A DNA stretch of 59,123 nt, filler included, from Fonticula-like sp. SCN 57-25 (GCA_001724245.1; 4 parts of 4 records of this genome joined end to end with filler, not necessarily neighbours in it), one strand, 5' to 3'; shown: positions 37,515-53,029, numbered from the whole stretch's first letter. The notes: a model not told the origin generated them from the sequence alone. Translations and numbers: made by a program.

Positions 37515-38821
37515 ATGGCAGCACCCTCTGCAGTCCACGCGAGCCCTCAACAAGAATCATCCGTGCTTGCACAGCGCATAGCTCGCAGCAGTGGGCGCCC
37601 TCTCGCTGAACCGAGCGCGTCCGGAGACCAGTCTACGCTTGACATTGATACGCCACGCGTGCTTCGATTGACCGTCGACGAACCCGCTTGCCAAATGGCG
37701 GATGTAGATGCAAAGCTGAGCGACAGCCAGTACCCGCGTGCGGGGTCTACTTGCATGCCCCCCCCCCCCNCCCCCCCCCCCCAACAAGTGGAACCAGCTC
37801 GCCAACGCGCAGCCATGGAACCCCACCGCCGTCCAAGCAGTGCCAGTGTACGACCGTGCCGTTCACCGCGTCCCAGGCACGGCCCGCTCTCGAGCACGAG
37901 TGGCCGATGGACGAACAGGCACGCTGCCGCGCCCCAATTCGGAGCATCCCGCCGCGACGGGCGATCTCGCGAAGTGGCCAGCGAACGAGTCGCGCCCTGC
38001 CTTTGCAAAAAAGTGTCTCGACCGCGCTCGAAGTCAACCCACGAGCGCGGACGGACCCCATGCGCGCCGTCGAGGACGAGGACTACTGCCTCGTCATGGG
38101 CACCCGCCACATGGAGCCAAACCGTCTTGCGGGCAACTACGCGGATGCTTCCGATCCGGGCGACGCAGCAGCCAACGCTATCACGACGGACATGGCGCAA
38201 TGCCTGCGTAACGTGCATGCAAACTTTCCACCAAATGTGAGCCAGCCTCTGCTTGCCGCCATCGATGCGGCTAACCCCAACGCCGCCACCGACGCATTGA
38301 TCCAGCCGCGCTTCCGCTCCTGGGCCAATGTTGGCGAACCGTACCCCGCCAACGAGTCGCCCTTTCCTGGACGTGACCCAACGTACGTTCCTATATTCTT
38401 TCCCTCGGGTCGCTCCGCACAAGCACCGGCCGCGCCACCGTACGACCAGGCCGACCCTTCGCCGCTCGCTGGCGCCCCTGACTCTGATAGCGAGGCTCCG
38501 TGGGACGCGCGGGCAGTAGCAATGCTTCTGGAGACACGCATGGCGCAACTCACGGCCATCGCACAGCGAGCACAGACACAGCGCATAAACTACACTGCCT
38601 CCGGCACCACACCTGCAAACGACCAATGTGTTTTTCCTATGGCTGCGGAGGCGCTTCCGCTCGGCGATTGGCTTGGCGGGTTTGATGTGACGGACGATGC
38701 CGCACAAACGACGCGTACTGAGGAATGCGCAAAAAAGGAAGCGGTTGATGGGGATGACGTCGCACGCAAGCGTATGCGCACAGGACTTCGATGTGCGTCG
38801 GTTCCAGTCGACACCATGTAA
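37515..38821 (+). pseudogene. Disrupted copy of the orphan ORF at 55793-57253
   Basis: Poly-C expansion at about 37758-37782 and a 200-bp deletion at about 38027 relative to copy 2 split the reading frame. Confidence 0.7.
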
Positions 38822-39380
38822 TCAACGGCCGACGGCGAGAACCCTTTACAGCCGTATGTTGCACTTTCCTGTATTATTAATAATAGGAACCCTGTGGAAT
38901 GTGCTTGCAGCAATGAATGAGAAATGAAAGAAAATACTATGTAAGCTGGTAGAGTCGCCGCACGCGTTTCAGCGTATTAATATTAATTGTAGGTCAACAA
39001 CGCTGCTTAAAATTCAACGCAATTTCCAGCATTTTAAGTTAGTCGACGTGAAAAGCCTTGATCACCGCTCACGATTGCGCGTCTCCTATTCAAAGAATAC
39101 ATTGCGACGAGCGATAATGAAGTGAAGCGTTAAGCTCAAACGTTTCAGAAGAGTAAGAAGCTTCAAGTCAATTCATTGTCAAAATTGTCCAGAACGCGCC
39201 GCGGAAGTCTCTGCCAGCCAGGTTAACGCCAGACATTAAATTAAAAATTCAACTGACTCATTTGGCTGCATCCTACGTCGTCTTTTCGAGATGCCGACGG
39301 ACTAAGTACGCCTTGGTAGTAACGCGCACTTTCTTCACAGTATGCAACAAAAAGAGAACTCTCATCTCAACTCGTCAGTC

Positions 39381-39490
39381 GTCACCATCATCGTCTCCGT
39401 CACCGTCACCGTCACCATCACCGTCACCGTCACCGTCACCATCACCATCACCATCACCATCACCATCACCATCACCATCACCATCACCAT
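39381..39490. repeat. (TCACCR)n hexanucleotide microsatellite at the right end of the cassette
   Basis: Tandem tcaccg/tcacca units. A shorter homolog lies at about 57755-57790. Confidence 0.9.
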
Positions 39491-40178
39491 CGATCACCGA
39501 GCTTCGTAGATGACCGCATCTTAAAGAGATCATCGACTACTTCACAGTTGCTGGGTGGGCTGCCAGTCCGTGGCATAACTGTACCCCTTCTTCTTTTGCA
39601 TACATGTACGTAGGAGGGAAACCAAAGCCCATCGCCTCCCAACTGAATGACGTTTGTCTGACGATAAGCCTGGATATTGGCACAGATATCCTGCGTCTGA
39701 GGGGTTCAACACGTGTAATGTCCTTCATTATTTCAAATGGGATACACTGCATTCCACGTTTATTTGGCATGCCTATGGACTTTACAAATCGCCGCTTCAG
39801 CGACATTTCTGAAATTTACCATTGAGATACCTTTTATGTGGCCGCTGACGATGTCCAGGGCTTAGTAGTCTGCTGTCAGATCAAAATTGACAGTGCAATC
39901 TAACTAGAGATGTTCTCGGTCAAACTTGATGGTTGCTGCGGCACGGACTAGAACTCATGAGACAATAAAATCCTCTGGAACGAATCAACATTGGTCACAC
40001 GATGAGCCGCTGAACGAACTAGCAAACACAGTGTGACGACAGTAAAGGTGGGCAATGTTGGCGCCAAAATCTGATCGGAATGTGTATTTAGCCAGAATAA
40101 GGTGTGTGTTTACTGTATGAAAGGTGGAAAGAGTAAACAAGAAGAAAAAAGCGGGTAGCATAAAGGATTTAATAAAAT

Positions 40179-43211
<3,033 letters not shown>

Positions 43212-43485
43212 CCGCGACGGGTGGCGAAAAAGGGACAACCGATGTTGTGCCACAATCAATTTGCAACCTTCCGAAAATAGATATTAAGTTCCCAAATGGA
43301 CTCGGGAGAATCAGCCGATCCAATCACAAAGCTTGACGTATTATTGCCGTCCAATCGGAACCTTTCTAAACAAGAGATTTTTGTTTTTTTCACACTGCCG
43401 TTGGACGTTCACTGTTCAACGCGTGTTCACCAGCCGATTCTTCTGCTGATGAGCATTGCGTTTTTGTGGGTCAAGACGAAAGGGT

Positions 43486-46445
43486 ATGCTTCCTGAGACA
43501 CATGTGAACGCTTTTTCAGCAGTTGAGCAAGCGCCCCATCCCCATGTGCGGACCGTAGAGGACATTGTGCGCGATGAGGCGATAAGTGTGTCTCTAAACC
43601 GTGGGCTTTCGTCGCAAGAGGCGGCGGAGCGATTGGCACGATATGGAACGAATGAGCTCAAGGCGAGCGGCGGAGCGCACTTTCTCAAGCTGCTTCTGCG
43701 TAACACATTCAACCCCATGAACTTTGTGCTGGCGGCCGCTGTCGCTCTAAGCGCCGTCGCGGGTGACTACATAGAGTCGATCGTCGTCGCTATAATCATT
43801 ATTGGAAACACGTCAATCTCCGTGTATCAAGAGTACAGTTCGGAGAAGACACTTGAGGCGCTGCGCCGCATGTCGTCGCCGATCGCGCACGTGCTGCGCG
43901 ACGGTGAAGAGATCGACCTTCCTGCGGTGCACGTGGTGCTCGGCGACATTATCGTGCTGCGGGAGGGCGACCAGGTGCCCGCAGACATTCGACTCTTTGA
44001 GGCCATCAACCTTGGCGTAGACGAGGCCATGCTCACGGGCGAGTCTCTGCCCGTGCGCAAGAACACGGACGTTCTCACCGACCCTGACGTGCCGCTCGGT
44101 GACCGCCGCTGCCTCGCGTACAAGAACACAGTCGTCACGCTCGGCCGAGGTCGTGGCGTCGTTACGGCCGCCGGTATGGAGACGGAGATCGGAAAGATCG
44201 CCAAGTCGATTGCGTCGTCCGATGGCTCATCGTCAACGTCGCTTGAACGCCAGATGCGCTGGCTCATGTTTGGCCTCTTCGTACGTCCTCAGAGTTGGTA
44301 CCTGTGCACTAATCCGCATGGAATATTAGGGCTGCGCGGTTGCGCTTGCGCTCATCGTCTTTGGTGTAAGCGACTTTAATGTTACGAATGAGGTGCTCCT
44401 GTATGCATTGGCGCTGTCGGTGGCCATCATCCCCGAGGCGCTCCCCGCTGTCGTGACCATCACCTTTGCCGTTGCGATGCGGACGCTGGCCAAGGAGCGC
44501 GCCGTCGTGCGGCGCATGAGTGCCCTCGAGGTCCTCGGCACCGTCACGGATATTTGCTCGGACAAGACGGGCACGCTAACGGTCGGCCGGATGACGGCCG
44601 TAGTGCTCTGGACACCGGCGGGCCGAGTCGCGGCTAAACACGGACACCAAATTGAACTATTCTGATGTGCAGCATGCCGGCATGCGCCGAATGCTGCTCT
44701 GCTGCGCACTCAACAACACTGCCTCTATGATGGACCGCGAAGGCACTATGGTGGCCGTCGGTGACCCGACCGAGACGGCGCTGCTCATCGCTGGCGCCAA
44801 CAGCGGTCTCGACAAGGCATCGCTGCAGGAGAGCGAATTTGAGTACGAGACCGAGTTTCCCTTTGAGGCGTCACTCAAGCGCATGACTGTCGTTTCGCGT
44901 GTCAAGCGCGGCGACGAAGAGATCCGCCTCGTGCTCGCAAAGGGCGCGGCCGAAGTTCTGCTCGAGCGCTGCACCCACATCATTAACGCCCCCGGCGAGA
45001 TTGTCAAGATGTCGGATGACGCACGTGATGCCGTGATTGCGCAAACGCAGCTCTACGCGGATGATGCGCTGCGCGTGCTCGCTTGCGCCTACCGCGAGGA
45101 CAAGGATTTGACCGTCTCCCTCGACATTGACAACCGGAGCGCGTTCGAGTGCGGCTGGATCTTTTGCGGTCTTGCCGGTCTGCAGGACCCGGCACGTCCC
45201 GAGAGCGCGCCTGCCGTTGCGCGGTGCCGCCGCGCAGGCATTGTAGTCCACATGGTTACGGGCGACCACCCGCGCACCGCGGCTGCCATCGCTCGCCGCG
45301 TTGGCATTCTGCAGGAAGGGTCCGTTGTGATGGAGGCACGCGACTTCGATGGTATGTCGGACGAGGCGGTGGACGCGATGCCCGAACTTCCCCACGTGAT
45401 TGCGCGCTGTGCGCCTGAGAGCAAGGTGAAGCTGATCAAGGCGTTGCATCGCCGCAAGCGCACGGTAGCCATGACGGGTGACGGGGTCAACGACGCGCCG
45501 GCCGTCAAGCATGCCGACGTTGGAATTGCCATGGGACACGGAGGCACGGATGTCACCAAGCAGGCCGCTGACGTCGTGCTTACCGACGACAACTTTGCTA
45601 CGATTGTGCGCGCTGTCGCGGAGGGCCGGCGCATTATTACCAACATTTCCAAGTTTACCCTTCATCTACTGAGCGCGAATGTGTCGCAGGTGCTCGTACT
45701 CATCGTGGGTCTTGGTCTTGTCGGCGTCAAGGGTGACATTGTGTTCCCCATGTCGGCGCTGCAGATTCTCTGGATGAACCTCGTGACGTCGTCAGTCCCC
45801 GCAGTTTTCCTCGGCTTGGAAAAGTCGATGCGTGGCATCATGGACCGTCCCCCCAAGTCCTCTCGCCGTGTCATTTTCAGCCCCGAGACAATCATTGACA
45901 CCTTTGCGTACGGCGTCATCATTGGCGCACTTGTCCTCGTCATCTTTTGCCTCGTCATCGTGATCTCCCCCGATGGCTTCTTTAGCGCCACCGGCTGCAA
46001 CCACAACTATGAGCTTCCGGGGTGCGAGGTTGTGTACCGCGCGCGCGCCGCGGCTTTTACTGCACAGTGCATCATGCTACTGCTGCACGCCTACAATTGC
46101 CGTGACCTTAACAAGTCGCTCTTCAGAATGACCTATTCGGACAACAAAGGCCTCTCCTACGTCGTCATAGCAATGACGCTGCTGCTCATCCCGCTTATCT
46201 ACGTGCCGTACGTAAATTACGAGCTGTTCAAGCAGGCGCCTATCAGCTGGGAATGGGGACTCGTGGTGGGAGGAAGCGTCATCTTTGTCTGCATCTCGGA
46301 GCTGTACAAGGCAGGAAAGCGAGAGATCCACAGACGCCTCAAAACTTCGGATAACCTTGGCATTCAACGCAGCGACACCGTGAGTGTTGCCAAACAGAGC
46401 GCCAATGACATCGAACTCCAGGAAGAGGTTGTCATGTCTCTTTAA
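43486..46445 (+). CDS. ENA: ENA-type (P2D) Na+/K+-exporting P-type ATPase, paralog B, multi-exon
   Basis: Same motif set (DKTGTLT, VIARCAPESKVKLIKALHRR, ILWMNLVTSS). Introns at about 44281-44329 and probably 44627-44672. Confidence 0.88.
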
Positions 46446-47027
46446 GTGAGAAAAATGGTTTTCGTGTCTCCTTAAGTGAGAAATTGTTCTTCTAGTTCTC
46501 GATTTTTTTTTGCTTTTCTTTCGATTTAAACTGGAAATTATTAGTAGTAGTAGATAACTTTTCTGAGGATATTTATGCATAGATTCCATTCCCCAAATAT
46601 CTGCGCATTCAGCGGCCATTCATTGTGCATTGCAGTACCATCTCGTAGAAATTCTACTTTCGGCGCAAGGCAACAGATTAAAATATTCCAGGTATCCATA
46701 TTGCAAATATACAAAATGGATGGATAAATTATGGATAATTATGATACCCACAACAAATTCCTTTTAATAATCATCACTTGTGACACTGGGGAAAAGCAGG
46801 TTTATTGTGGCCGTTTGGCCCTTTACATACAAGCCCCTTTTGGGCCAATAGAAACAAAGCAATACCACACGTGCTAAGGGAAAAGGTCGAGAGAGATAAA
46901 GTGAACACCTGGGCGGTCGCGGCACTTGCATGGTCGTGGTGGTCGCTTGACGATCCAATAGCACACTCTCAAACCGTGTAACGATTATCGAGCTCAAGCT
47001 TATACTTCTCCAGCAGTGTATCCGAAT

Positions 47028-47600
47028 TTACGTTGACTCTAATCCAGCTAAAATTTGAGAATCTTCTGCGGACCAACAGCACGACGTCGCCACTTTTCGA
47101 ATTGATTGCGCGCGCTCTCCAAGCGTCTTTGCAAATCTGGTGACGGCTTGGTAGTAGCCGGGCAGCCGCACCCAATGACCAGTCTGAATGACGACGATGC
47201 TGGTGACGCGCGAGTTCACGTTTGCAATGTTCCTGCTGCGAATTGAAACCTGCTTCACGTCCAGAATGATATCGACCGCGTCTTGTTCGCCTGTCGCATG
47301 TAATCGATCAGCGCGTCGACGGTGCCGGTACAGCGGGCGTTGAAATATTTTGCTCTGGTCACCAAATTCTTTTCGGCGGGATGGATTTAGGGAACCACGA
47401 AGGCGGGTCCACCCGACGAGGCATTTCCGCCGCGGGCGGGGACGCTTACACGGGATGGAGGGGTATGATACCATTGCTGGCGGCGGTTTGGGCTGATACA
47501 GCGGATTTAAATTGTCCTCTAGGGGAATGGAGCCGGTTGGATAAGTGCCGACTGGACCGGCATAAGCGGCGCTCGGGAATCTTGCTGACTGGTTTAGGCT
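47028..47600 (-). CDS. Possible hypothetical gene, boundaries uncertain
   Basis: Open frame with a plausible GTAAGC..AAG intron. No recognisable motif. Confidence 0.25.
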   Translation of the reverse strand, partial: SLNQSARFPSAAYAGPVGTYPTGSIPLEDNLNPLYQPKPPPAMVSYPSIPCKRPRPRRKCLVGWTRLRGSLNPSRRKEFGDQSKIFQRPLYRHRRRADRLHATGEQDAVDIILDVKQVSIRSRNIANVNSRVTSIVVIQTGHWVRLPGYYQAVTRFAKTLGERAQSIRKVATSCCWSAEDSQILAGLEST

Positions 47601-48088
47601 TTGGGCAGGAAGAGGCCTCCGAGTTGTCGACCATCGGCGTCAGGTCGGGCGCCGCGTCGTTCGGCGATGGTCGACCTTGGCTTTGACCGAATCCGAGTCA
47701 ATGTCATCACCTCCGCAGTGACGGCGGGCATCTAGCAGACATAGCCGAGCTCGTGAAGGACAGAGAAAACGCCTATGCTTTAAGTACAAACCCTTCCAGA
47801 CCGGCGAGTAAACAGGGGTGTTTCGTAGCAATGCATTTTTCCTTACAAAAGGTTTTGATGCGTTCTTATCTAACTACATAATAATGGAAGAGAGAGACAC
47901 AGGCCTCAGACTCAGAGTAGTTCCAGTTGCATTGGCCAATCATAGACTGCGATCCATATTCCTGATGCCATACGAACCCGCAAACAGGCAATCAAATGTT
48001 CACCCCACGTGAGAAGGACCACAAATACGTCGACTGAATGACTTGCCATTCCAAAGAATCGCGAATGGGTGCCACGTCCCCACACGAA

Positions 48089-49759
48089 CTAGAGACGCAA
48101 GGTACGGCTGTCGTCAATGACAACGTCCTCCATGACAAATTGTTCGGCCACGGTCAATGCCAGCCTACTTTCCGGCCCGTACGCAGCAACAGGACCTGTC
48201 GCCCGATCACCGGCTGCCGTGGTCCCGTCGCTGTCAAAGGGGTCGAGGAGCTTTAACGCGTCCGAAGAGAAGAATCGGGTGATGACAAACAGGCGCAAAG
48301 GTACAAGCAAGCCGATTAAGACAGGAAACCCCATGCTCGCCGGGGTGAAGGTGAGGGCGAAAATGAGCGCCACGCATGCGTGTTGAACGCAAATGAAGCT
48401 GCCAATAACACGAATTGGGAGCTCGACGTAAGGAGCGGAATAGTACGCGCTTACCAGCGATCGATCGGTGCATAACAGCATTGTTCGCTCCACCAGCGCA
48501 CTCCCCGGGAAGGACGCAAACGCCATAACTAGAAAGAAGCCCGCCAGAACACCACGTCTCACCCACGAGAGAAGATATAGAAATGGCGGCGCAAGCGTCA
48601 CCGCCAACAGAATGGATTGCGCCAAGGCGGCGATGCGCGTTTCCGTAACACTAAGCCACACCTCACGCTGTCCTGCCGCCCGCGCTGCACGTCCAAGGTC
48701 CGTTTCGCTGACACGCGCGTCCTCTACTTTGCGAATCTTGGCAAGGGCGCGTACGTGGAGGGGTGCCTGCGGGATCAGACAATTGCAGGCAGGCAAACCA
48801 AAAACGCCCACAATACACATCGCCAAGCCCAACAAAATGGTGTCGTAATTGTACGCCGTCGGCTTTTTTAAGCCAAAGATCGCGTCCTGCGAAAGGCGCA
48901 CCGAAATATTGTGGTCCAAGAAGAAAAGAATCGCAATCATGCTGCCCGGAATGATCGAAGCAAAAACCGCCCACGTCGGAAACCCTTCAAAGTCAACGAC
49001 CCACGCGCGCGGAACGGTCGGTTGGAATCTGTTCGGCACGTCCAGGCGAGGCGCGTCCGCCTCTTGGAGACGAGGCAGAAGTGCACAGGCGGAGAAGAAC
49101 ACGATCGAAAAGACGGTGCCATAATCTGCAATGGCCCCGCGCAGCCATGACCGTAGAAATCGCCACTGACGAGCGTTCTGCAGAGCCATGGCCAGCGCGA
49201 ATGTACCCAAGCCCAACATCAAGGAGAGCAGAGCCGCATCAAGCTCAGCGTCGTCAAACTGCTTATTGAACTCGGTCACGGCCGACTGCAGAAAGAGGAC
49301 GGCAACCAGAAGCCCGAAAATTTCGTCCGAAAACCGCGTTACGTACTTAACCACGGTGGGCGCGCCAAACGAGCCGAGAATGAACAAGATCGCGCCCCCC
49401 CAGAAAGACACGCACGCCACCAGCGGCAGGAACGGAAGTTGCAATTGGTTCACGCCTATCTGATACAGCGTTTCATAAAACACAGTCACGGGACCAGTGA
49501 CGCCAACGATCACGAGTGGCTGGCCGCCGAATATGGCAAAAAACACGCCGCATAGCGCAGTCGATAGCAGTACCTCCACGACGCCAATCGAGCCGCCCGT
49601 TCGCTCCTCTAAGTAGAAAGCAAACGTGATGGCAGGTCCCAGAGTCGCAAAATATAACAGAAAAGTGGCCGATATGCTGCGTTTATCGCGCAAGCCGCAC
49701 CACCAGTCGTCCGCGTAGAGCACTACGCGCTGCTTGAATTCGCGGAAAGCAAGGGACAT
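48089..49759 (-). CDS. SLC4/BOR1-family anion (borate/bicarbonate) transporter, membrane domain only
   Basis: YADDW, FLLYFATLGPAITF, FGGQPLVIVGVTGP, YVTRFSDEIFG, FFLDHNIS, LKKPTAYNYD, LIPQAPLHVRAL, VTETR. Intronless. Confidence 0.92.
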   Translation of the reverse strand: MSLAFREFKQRVVLYADDWWCGLRDKRSISATFLLYFATLGPAITFAFYLEERTGGSIGVVEVLLSTALCGVFFAIFGGQPLVIVGVTGPVTVFYETLYQIGVNQLQLPFLPLVACVSFWGGAILFILGSFGAPTVVKYVTRFSDEIFGLLVAVLFLQSAVTEFNKQFDDAELDAALLSLMLGLGTFALAMALQNARQWRFLRSWLRGAIADYGTVFSIVFFSACALLPRLQEADAPRLDVPNRFQPTVPRAWVVDFEGFPTWAVFASIIPGSMIAILFFLDHNISVRLSQDAIFGLKKPTAYNYDTILLGLAMCIVGVFGLPACNCLIPQAPLHVRALAKIRKVEDARVSETDLGRAARAAGQREVWLSVTETRIAALAQSILLAVTLAPPFLYLLSWVRRGVLAGFFLVMAFASFPGSALVERTMLLCTDRSLVSAYYSAPYVELPIRVIGSFICVQHACVALIFALTFTPASMGFPVLIGLLVPLRLFVITRFFSSDALKLLDPFDSDGTTAAGDRATGPVAAYGPESRLALTVAEQFVMEDVVIDDSRTLRL

Positions 49760-49882
49760 GGCGGAAGGAGGTGATTGCACACGATACAGTCAACCCCGGA
49801 TAAACGTATACAATTAGGGCCGGCCAAATTCCATACGTTATGGCGAATATACGGTGTGCCGGGGAGAAGATAATCCGGATCG

Positions 49883-49982
49883 NNNNNNNNNNNNNNNNNN
49901 NNNNNNNNNNNNNNNNNNNNNNNNNNTTAATTAATTAANNNNNNNNNNNNNNNNNNNNNNNNNNNNNNNNNNNNNNNNNNNN
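49883..49982. other. Artificial contig spacer
   Basis: N-run containing TTAATTAATTAA. Confidence 0.97.
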
Positions 49983-50460
49983 GCACCAGGAACCTGTGAG
50001 GTTGCAGTCGTACAGGATCGTGTTGTCGCACTGCACGCGAATCTTGGGATAGAACGAGCTCCAGCTGGATCCGCCGTTTGGAATATTCAACGTGTGCACG
50101 TTCATGTCCGTGATGCGCTTCGACGAGTATGCGTAGTAGCTGTTGTCCGAAGCCCCCGTGCCACACAACTGCGAACCCCAAGACATGATGTACTTGTCGT
50201 CGTCGATGGCGCGGACCGTGTAGTTGGCCGTGAAGGAGTTCACGTTCGATTGGCATGTCGTCAGATAGTAGTACATGCTGCTTCCGGAAGGAGTTCACGT
50301 TCGATTGGCATGTCGTCAGATAGTAGTACATGCTGCTTCCGCCCTTGAGCAAAAGCTGCTGGTTGTTCCAGCAGGTGAGCGCGTCGGCCGGATGCGTGAA
50401 CAATACTGCCGCTACCGCCACCACAAGCGCCAACGCGGTCGAGCGCGAACAATGAATCAT
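49983..50460 (-). pseudogene. Secreted Cys-containing protein, frameshifted by a 55-bp tandem duplication; 3' end cut by the gap
   Basis: Signal peptide MIHCSRSTALALVVAVAAVLFTHPADA. Exact duplication 50232-50286/50287-50341. Removing one unit restores a continuous ORF. Confidence 0.65.
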
Positions 50461-51470
50461 GATGCTTGTCGAGGATTACCAGGCGAAGGAGAGTGGCAAG
50501 GAACGTGGCGCAAAAGACGGTCGCATGCCCGTTTTATACCTCAGCTGTGGGGAGAGCCCCAACCCCCCGAAAGCCTTTGCTAAAAGTAGCAATGTTGCCC
50601 TCTTGGTGGCCAATTGAGGCGTATATCCCCTGCGCAACTGGACTTTGCAAATGAGATGGAGTGGCTTTGCGTTGTTCTAGAAAGGAGGGCAATGTGATCA
50701 TGCGTCCGTATGGGCGTGTAGCTCGCCGTGGAAAACCGAGTCCCTACGTTTTATCGTTCCTGGGCCATCCCAGATCGTCATCGCTTCATCGCTTCATCGT
50801 GGATCTTTGCATCATCATCGCGGATCTTTGTATCATCGCGGATCTTCGCTTCATCGCTTCATCGCCTGCTGATGCTACGTTGGATTTGTCATCAGCTTAG
50901 GATTCGACGATATTTCCCATCGGCGTCCTGTTCTTCGCGACGTCCAACGACGAGGACGTCCCCGCGATCACGGCCACAGGCAACAGCATTGCGAACGATC
51001 CGAGGCGGCTCTTTTCACTCTTGAACATAGTCACCTTTGTAAGCTCGCTCGTGTGGCAACGCCCATGTCCAAGTGTGCAGTGCTGCAGACTGCGGGCGGC
51101 CGTGTAATGCCAAGCTAACGATAGCCATCGCGTGCAGAACAAAGACATAGTACCGTGTTGGATCGTGGGTGCAGGACTTTGATGGGACGCTTAGTTCGTC
51201 TCTATAACGTCGACAATCTCACGCCAGTACAGTACCGATTCTCGGCGGATTTGCGCGCGGACTTTGGGACTCTGCTGCGATTCATCTGACTGCTCAATTT
51301 CTGTGCAACTGTCCAGTCCGCGGCTCTAATAAAAGTCCCATACCGGTCTGACCTGACACAAACTTGCCCTCGTAATCAAAAACCGCCCATTGGTTGCGTT
51401 AACTTGCCGGAAATAGAATCCGTCTGCCTTTTTCTCTTTCCCTACGTCTTTTCCTCCCTCGTCGCCAGCA

Positions 51471-51968
51471 ATGGCATCCAAGTGGAGCATCCTTGTCCTG
51501 GTGCTCGTGTGTCTGGCAGTCTACACTGTCCCCGTCCACGGTGTGGGAGACGTGTGCGCATGCGAATGCTGCAACTATAACCATGCATCCTGTGTGTCAC
51601 CACCCGTCAGTTTTGGTTGGAATTGCGACGATCCAGGCTGCACTGATCAGTGCATCAACAGGTACGAGTGCACCAATTACCAGTTCCCTATCATGTTCCC
51701 ATCGTGCACTCGAGGCGCCACTTGCGGTGTCCCTGGTACTCCGTTATGTGACGATGGCTCTGTGAATACGGCAACCGCGATGGCCGTTGGCATCTCCATC
51801 ACCATAGTTGTCGTCCTTGCGGGTGGGATCGTTGGAATCCTCTATTTCCGTCGCCGCAAGGCGAGCCGCGTTGCCCTCGCCGTCGCGTCGTCGTCTCCAT
51901 ATAGCGACAGCACTTCGCCCTACACCAAGATTATGGACAACGCCGAAATCGACATCGTCAAGGCCTAA
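51471..51968 (+). CDS. Small Cys-rich type I membrane protein (cassette copy 2)
   Basis: Same 12-Cys spacing, YQFPIMF motif and RRRKAxRVALAVAxSSPY...YTKI...DIVK tail as 34731-35231. Confidence 0.85.
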   Translation: MASKWSILVLVLVCLAVYTVPVHGVGDVCACECCNYNHASCVSPPVSFGWNCDDPGCTDQCINRYECTNYQFPIMFPSCTRGATCGVPGTPLCDDGSVNTATAMAVGISITIVVVLAGGIVGILYFRRRKASRVALAVASSSPYSDSTSPYTKIMDNAEIDIVKA

Positions 51969-52120
51969 AGTCCCTTCCTTCGTGTTTGTTCTTTCCATTG
52001 GTCCAAATATACAATGCTAGAGCAGGATTTGCACAACCAATTCAGTCCAGCACCATCCTGTCTCGCGACGGACTTGGCAGGTCAAGCTCCAACGTACGAG
52101 GCCAGTAGCTCTGTACTCGG

Positions 52121-53000
52121 CTAGTGCAGCGGCACGATATCCGCCACGAGCTCGCCGCGGTCCGCTGTCGTGCGAGCACGACAGCTTGATGCCACCGCAC
52201 TCGCGTAAATGTACCCGCGCTCGCCACACGTCTTAAACCGCTCCATTGCACAGCACCACGTCGCATTGTGCAAACCACCGCCTCGCGAAGTAAATGTATC
52301 CGCATGTGGTAATGCGAAGACGTCACGAGCCCCGCGCCGAATTGCTGATGAAGCGCTGCACGCGTGAGCGACGCACCATGCGCTATGCGTCGAAAGCAGT
52401 AGCACCACATCGCGCGTAGTTGGGAAGAATAATGCAGTGCTGTTGCGAATATGCGTCCAGTGCGACTGAACTTCATCCGCTTAGTGCGCTTGGTGGTCCA
52501 GCCGCGAGACGTCGCTTTTACCAATTTCATGCGCGTCGCCCGTTGGACTGTACGCCATGAGGCACACCGCGCTTGAGCATTACAACGGGCAGGCAACAGG
52601 CTCGAGGGGTCGTCACTGCTGAACGCGTGACGCATAGGTAGATTGCGACCGAGGCGTTCGCGCTGCCCGCGGCGCAAGCGCAACAGGAAACGCGTAGGCG
52701 CCGCGCTTGTGCGCTTAGTGCTTGGCGTGCTCGACGATCGCTTATTTGGAACGTAAGCGGGTCGTGAAGCGCTGGCGCTTGGCGGCAAAGTTACTTTTGA
52801 AAGTGTTGAGCAGGTCGCACAGCGCCTCGTGCGGGCGTCGTACGGCGTGTCGGCGGCACACGGTAGCTCGCGGAGCGCGAGCGAGTCTGTGCTGAAAAAC
52901 GCAGCAAGGAGGTTGGAGCGGGTGCGCGAGGCGCAGCAGCGGACGGCTGCGAGACACGTCCATCGTGCTATGCCCATCCAGTGCCGCAGCGTAGCGGCCT
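52121..53000 (-). pseudogene. Decayed Fanzor2/IS607-type TnpB nuclease
   Basis: Motifs found in order across frames: LRHWMGIARWT, TPYDAR-EALCDLLNTFKSNFAAKRQRFTTRLRSK, MAYSPTGDAHEIGKSDVSRL, SHYHMRIHLL, KTCGERGYI, DRGELVADIV. Multiple stops and frameshifts. Confidence 0.75.
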
Positions 53001-53029
53001 CGGCCGCGGTTTCGCTCCCGATTCACTCG

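Larger units (their letters stand above)
33660..39512. repeat. Copy 1 of a duplicated multi-gene cassette (homologous to 50415-57808)
   Basis: Colinear, closely matching sequence from ccgccaccacaagcgccaacgcgg to the (TCACCR)n tract plus caccgagcttcgt. Confidence 0.92.

Noticed and set aside
39262-39513. ORF with a Ser-Pro repeat
   Set aside because: It is the translation of the (TCACCR)n microsatellite, whose length differs between the cassette copies.
44627-44672. Apparent frameshift in ENA paralog B
   Set aside because: A 46-nt GT-AG intron restores the frame, although its donor site is weak, so a sequencing indel is not fully excluded.
50232-50341. Direct repeats as a possible CRISPR array
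   Set aside because: Two adjacent units with no spacer, in a eukaryotic context with no cas genes.
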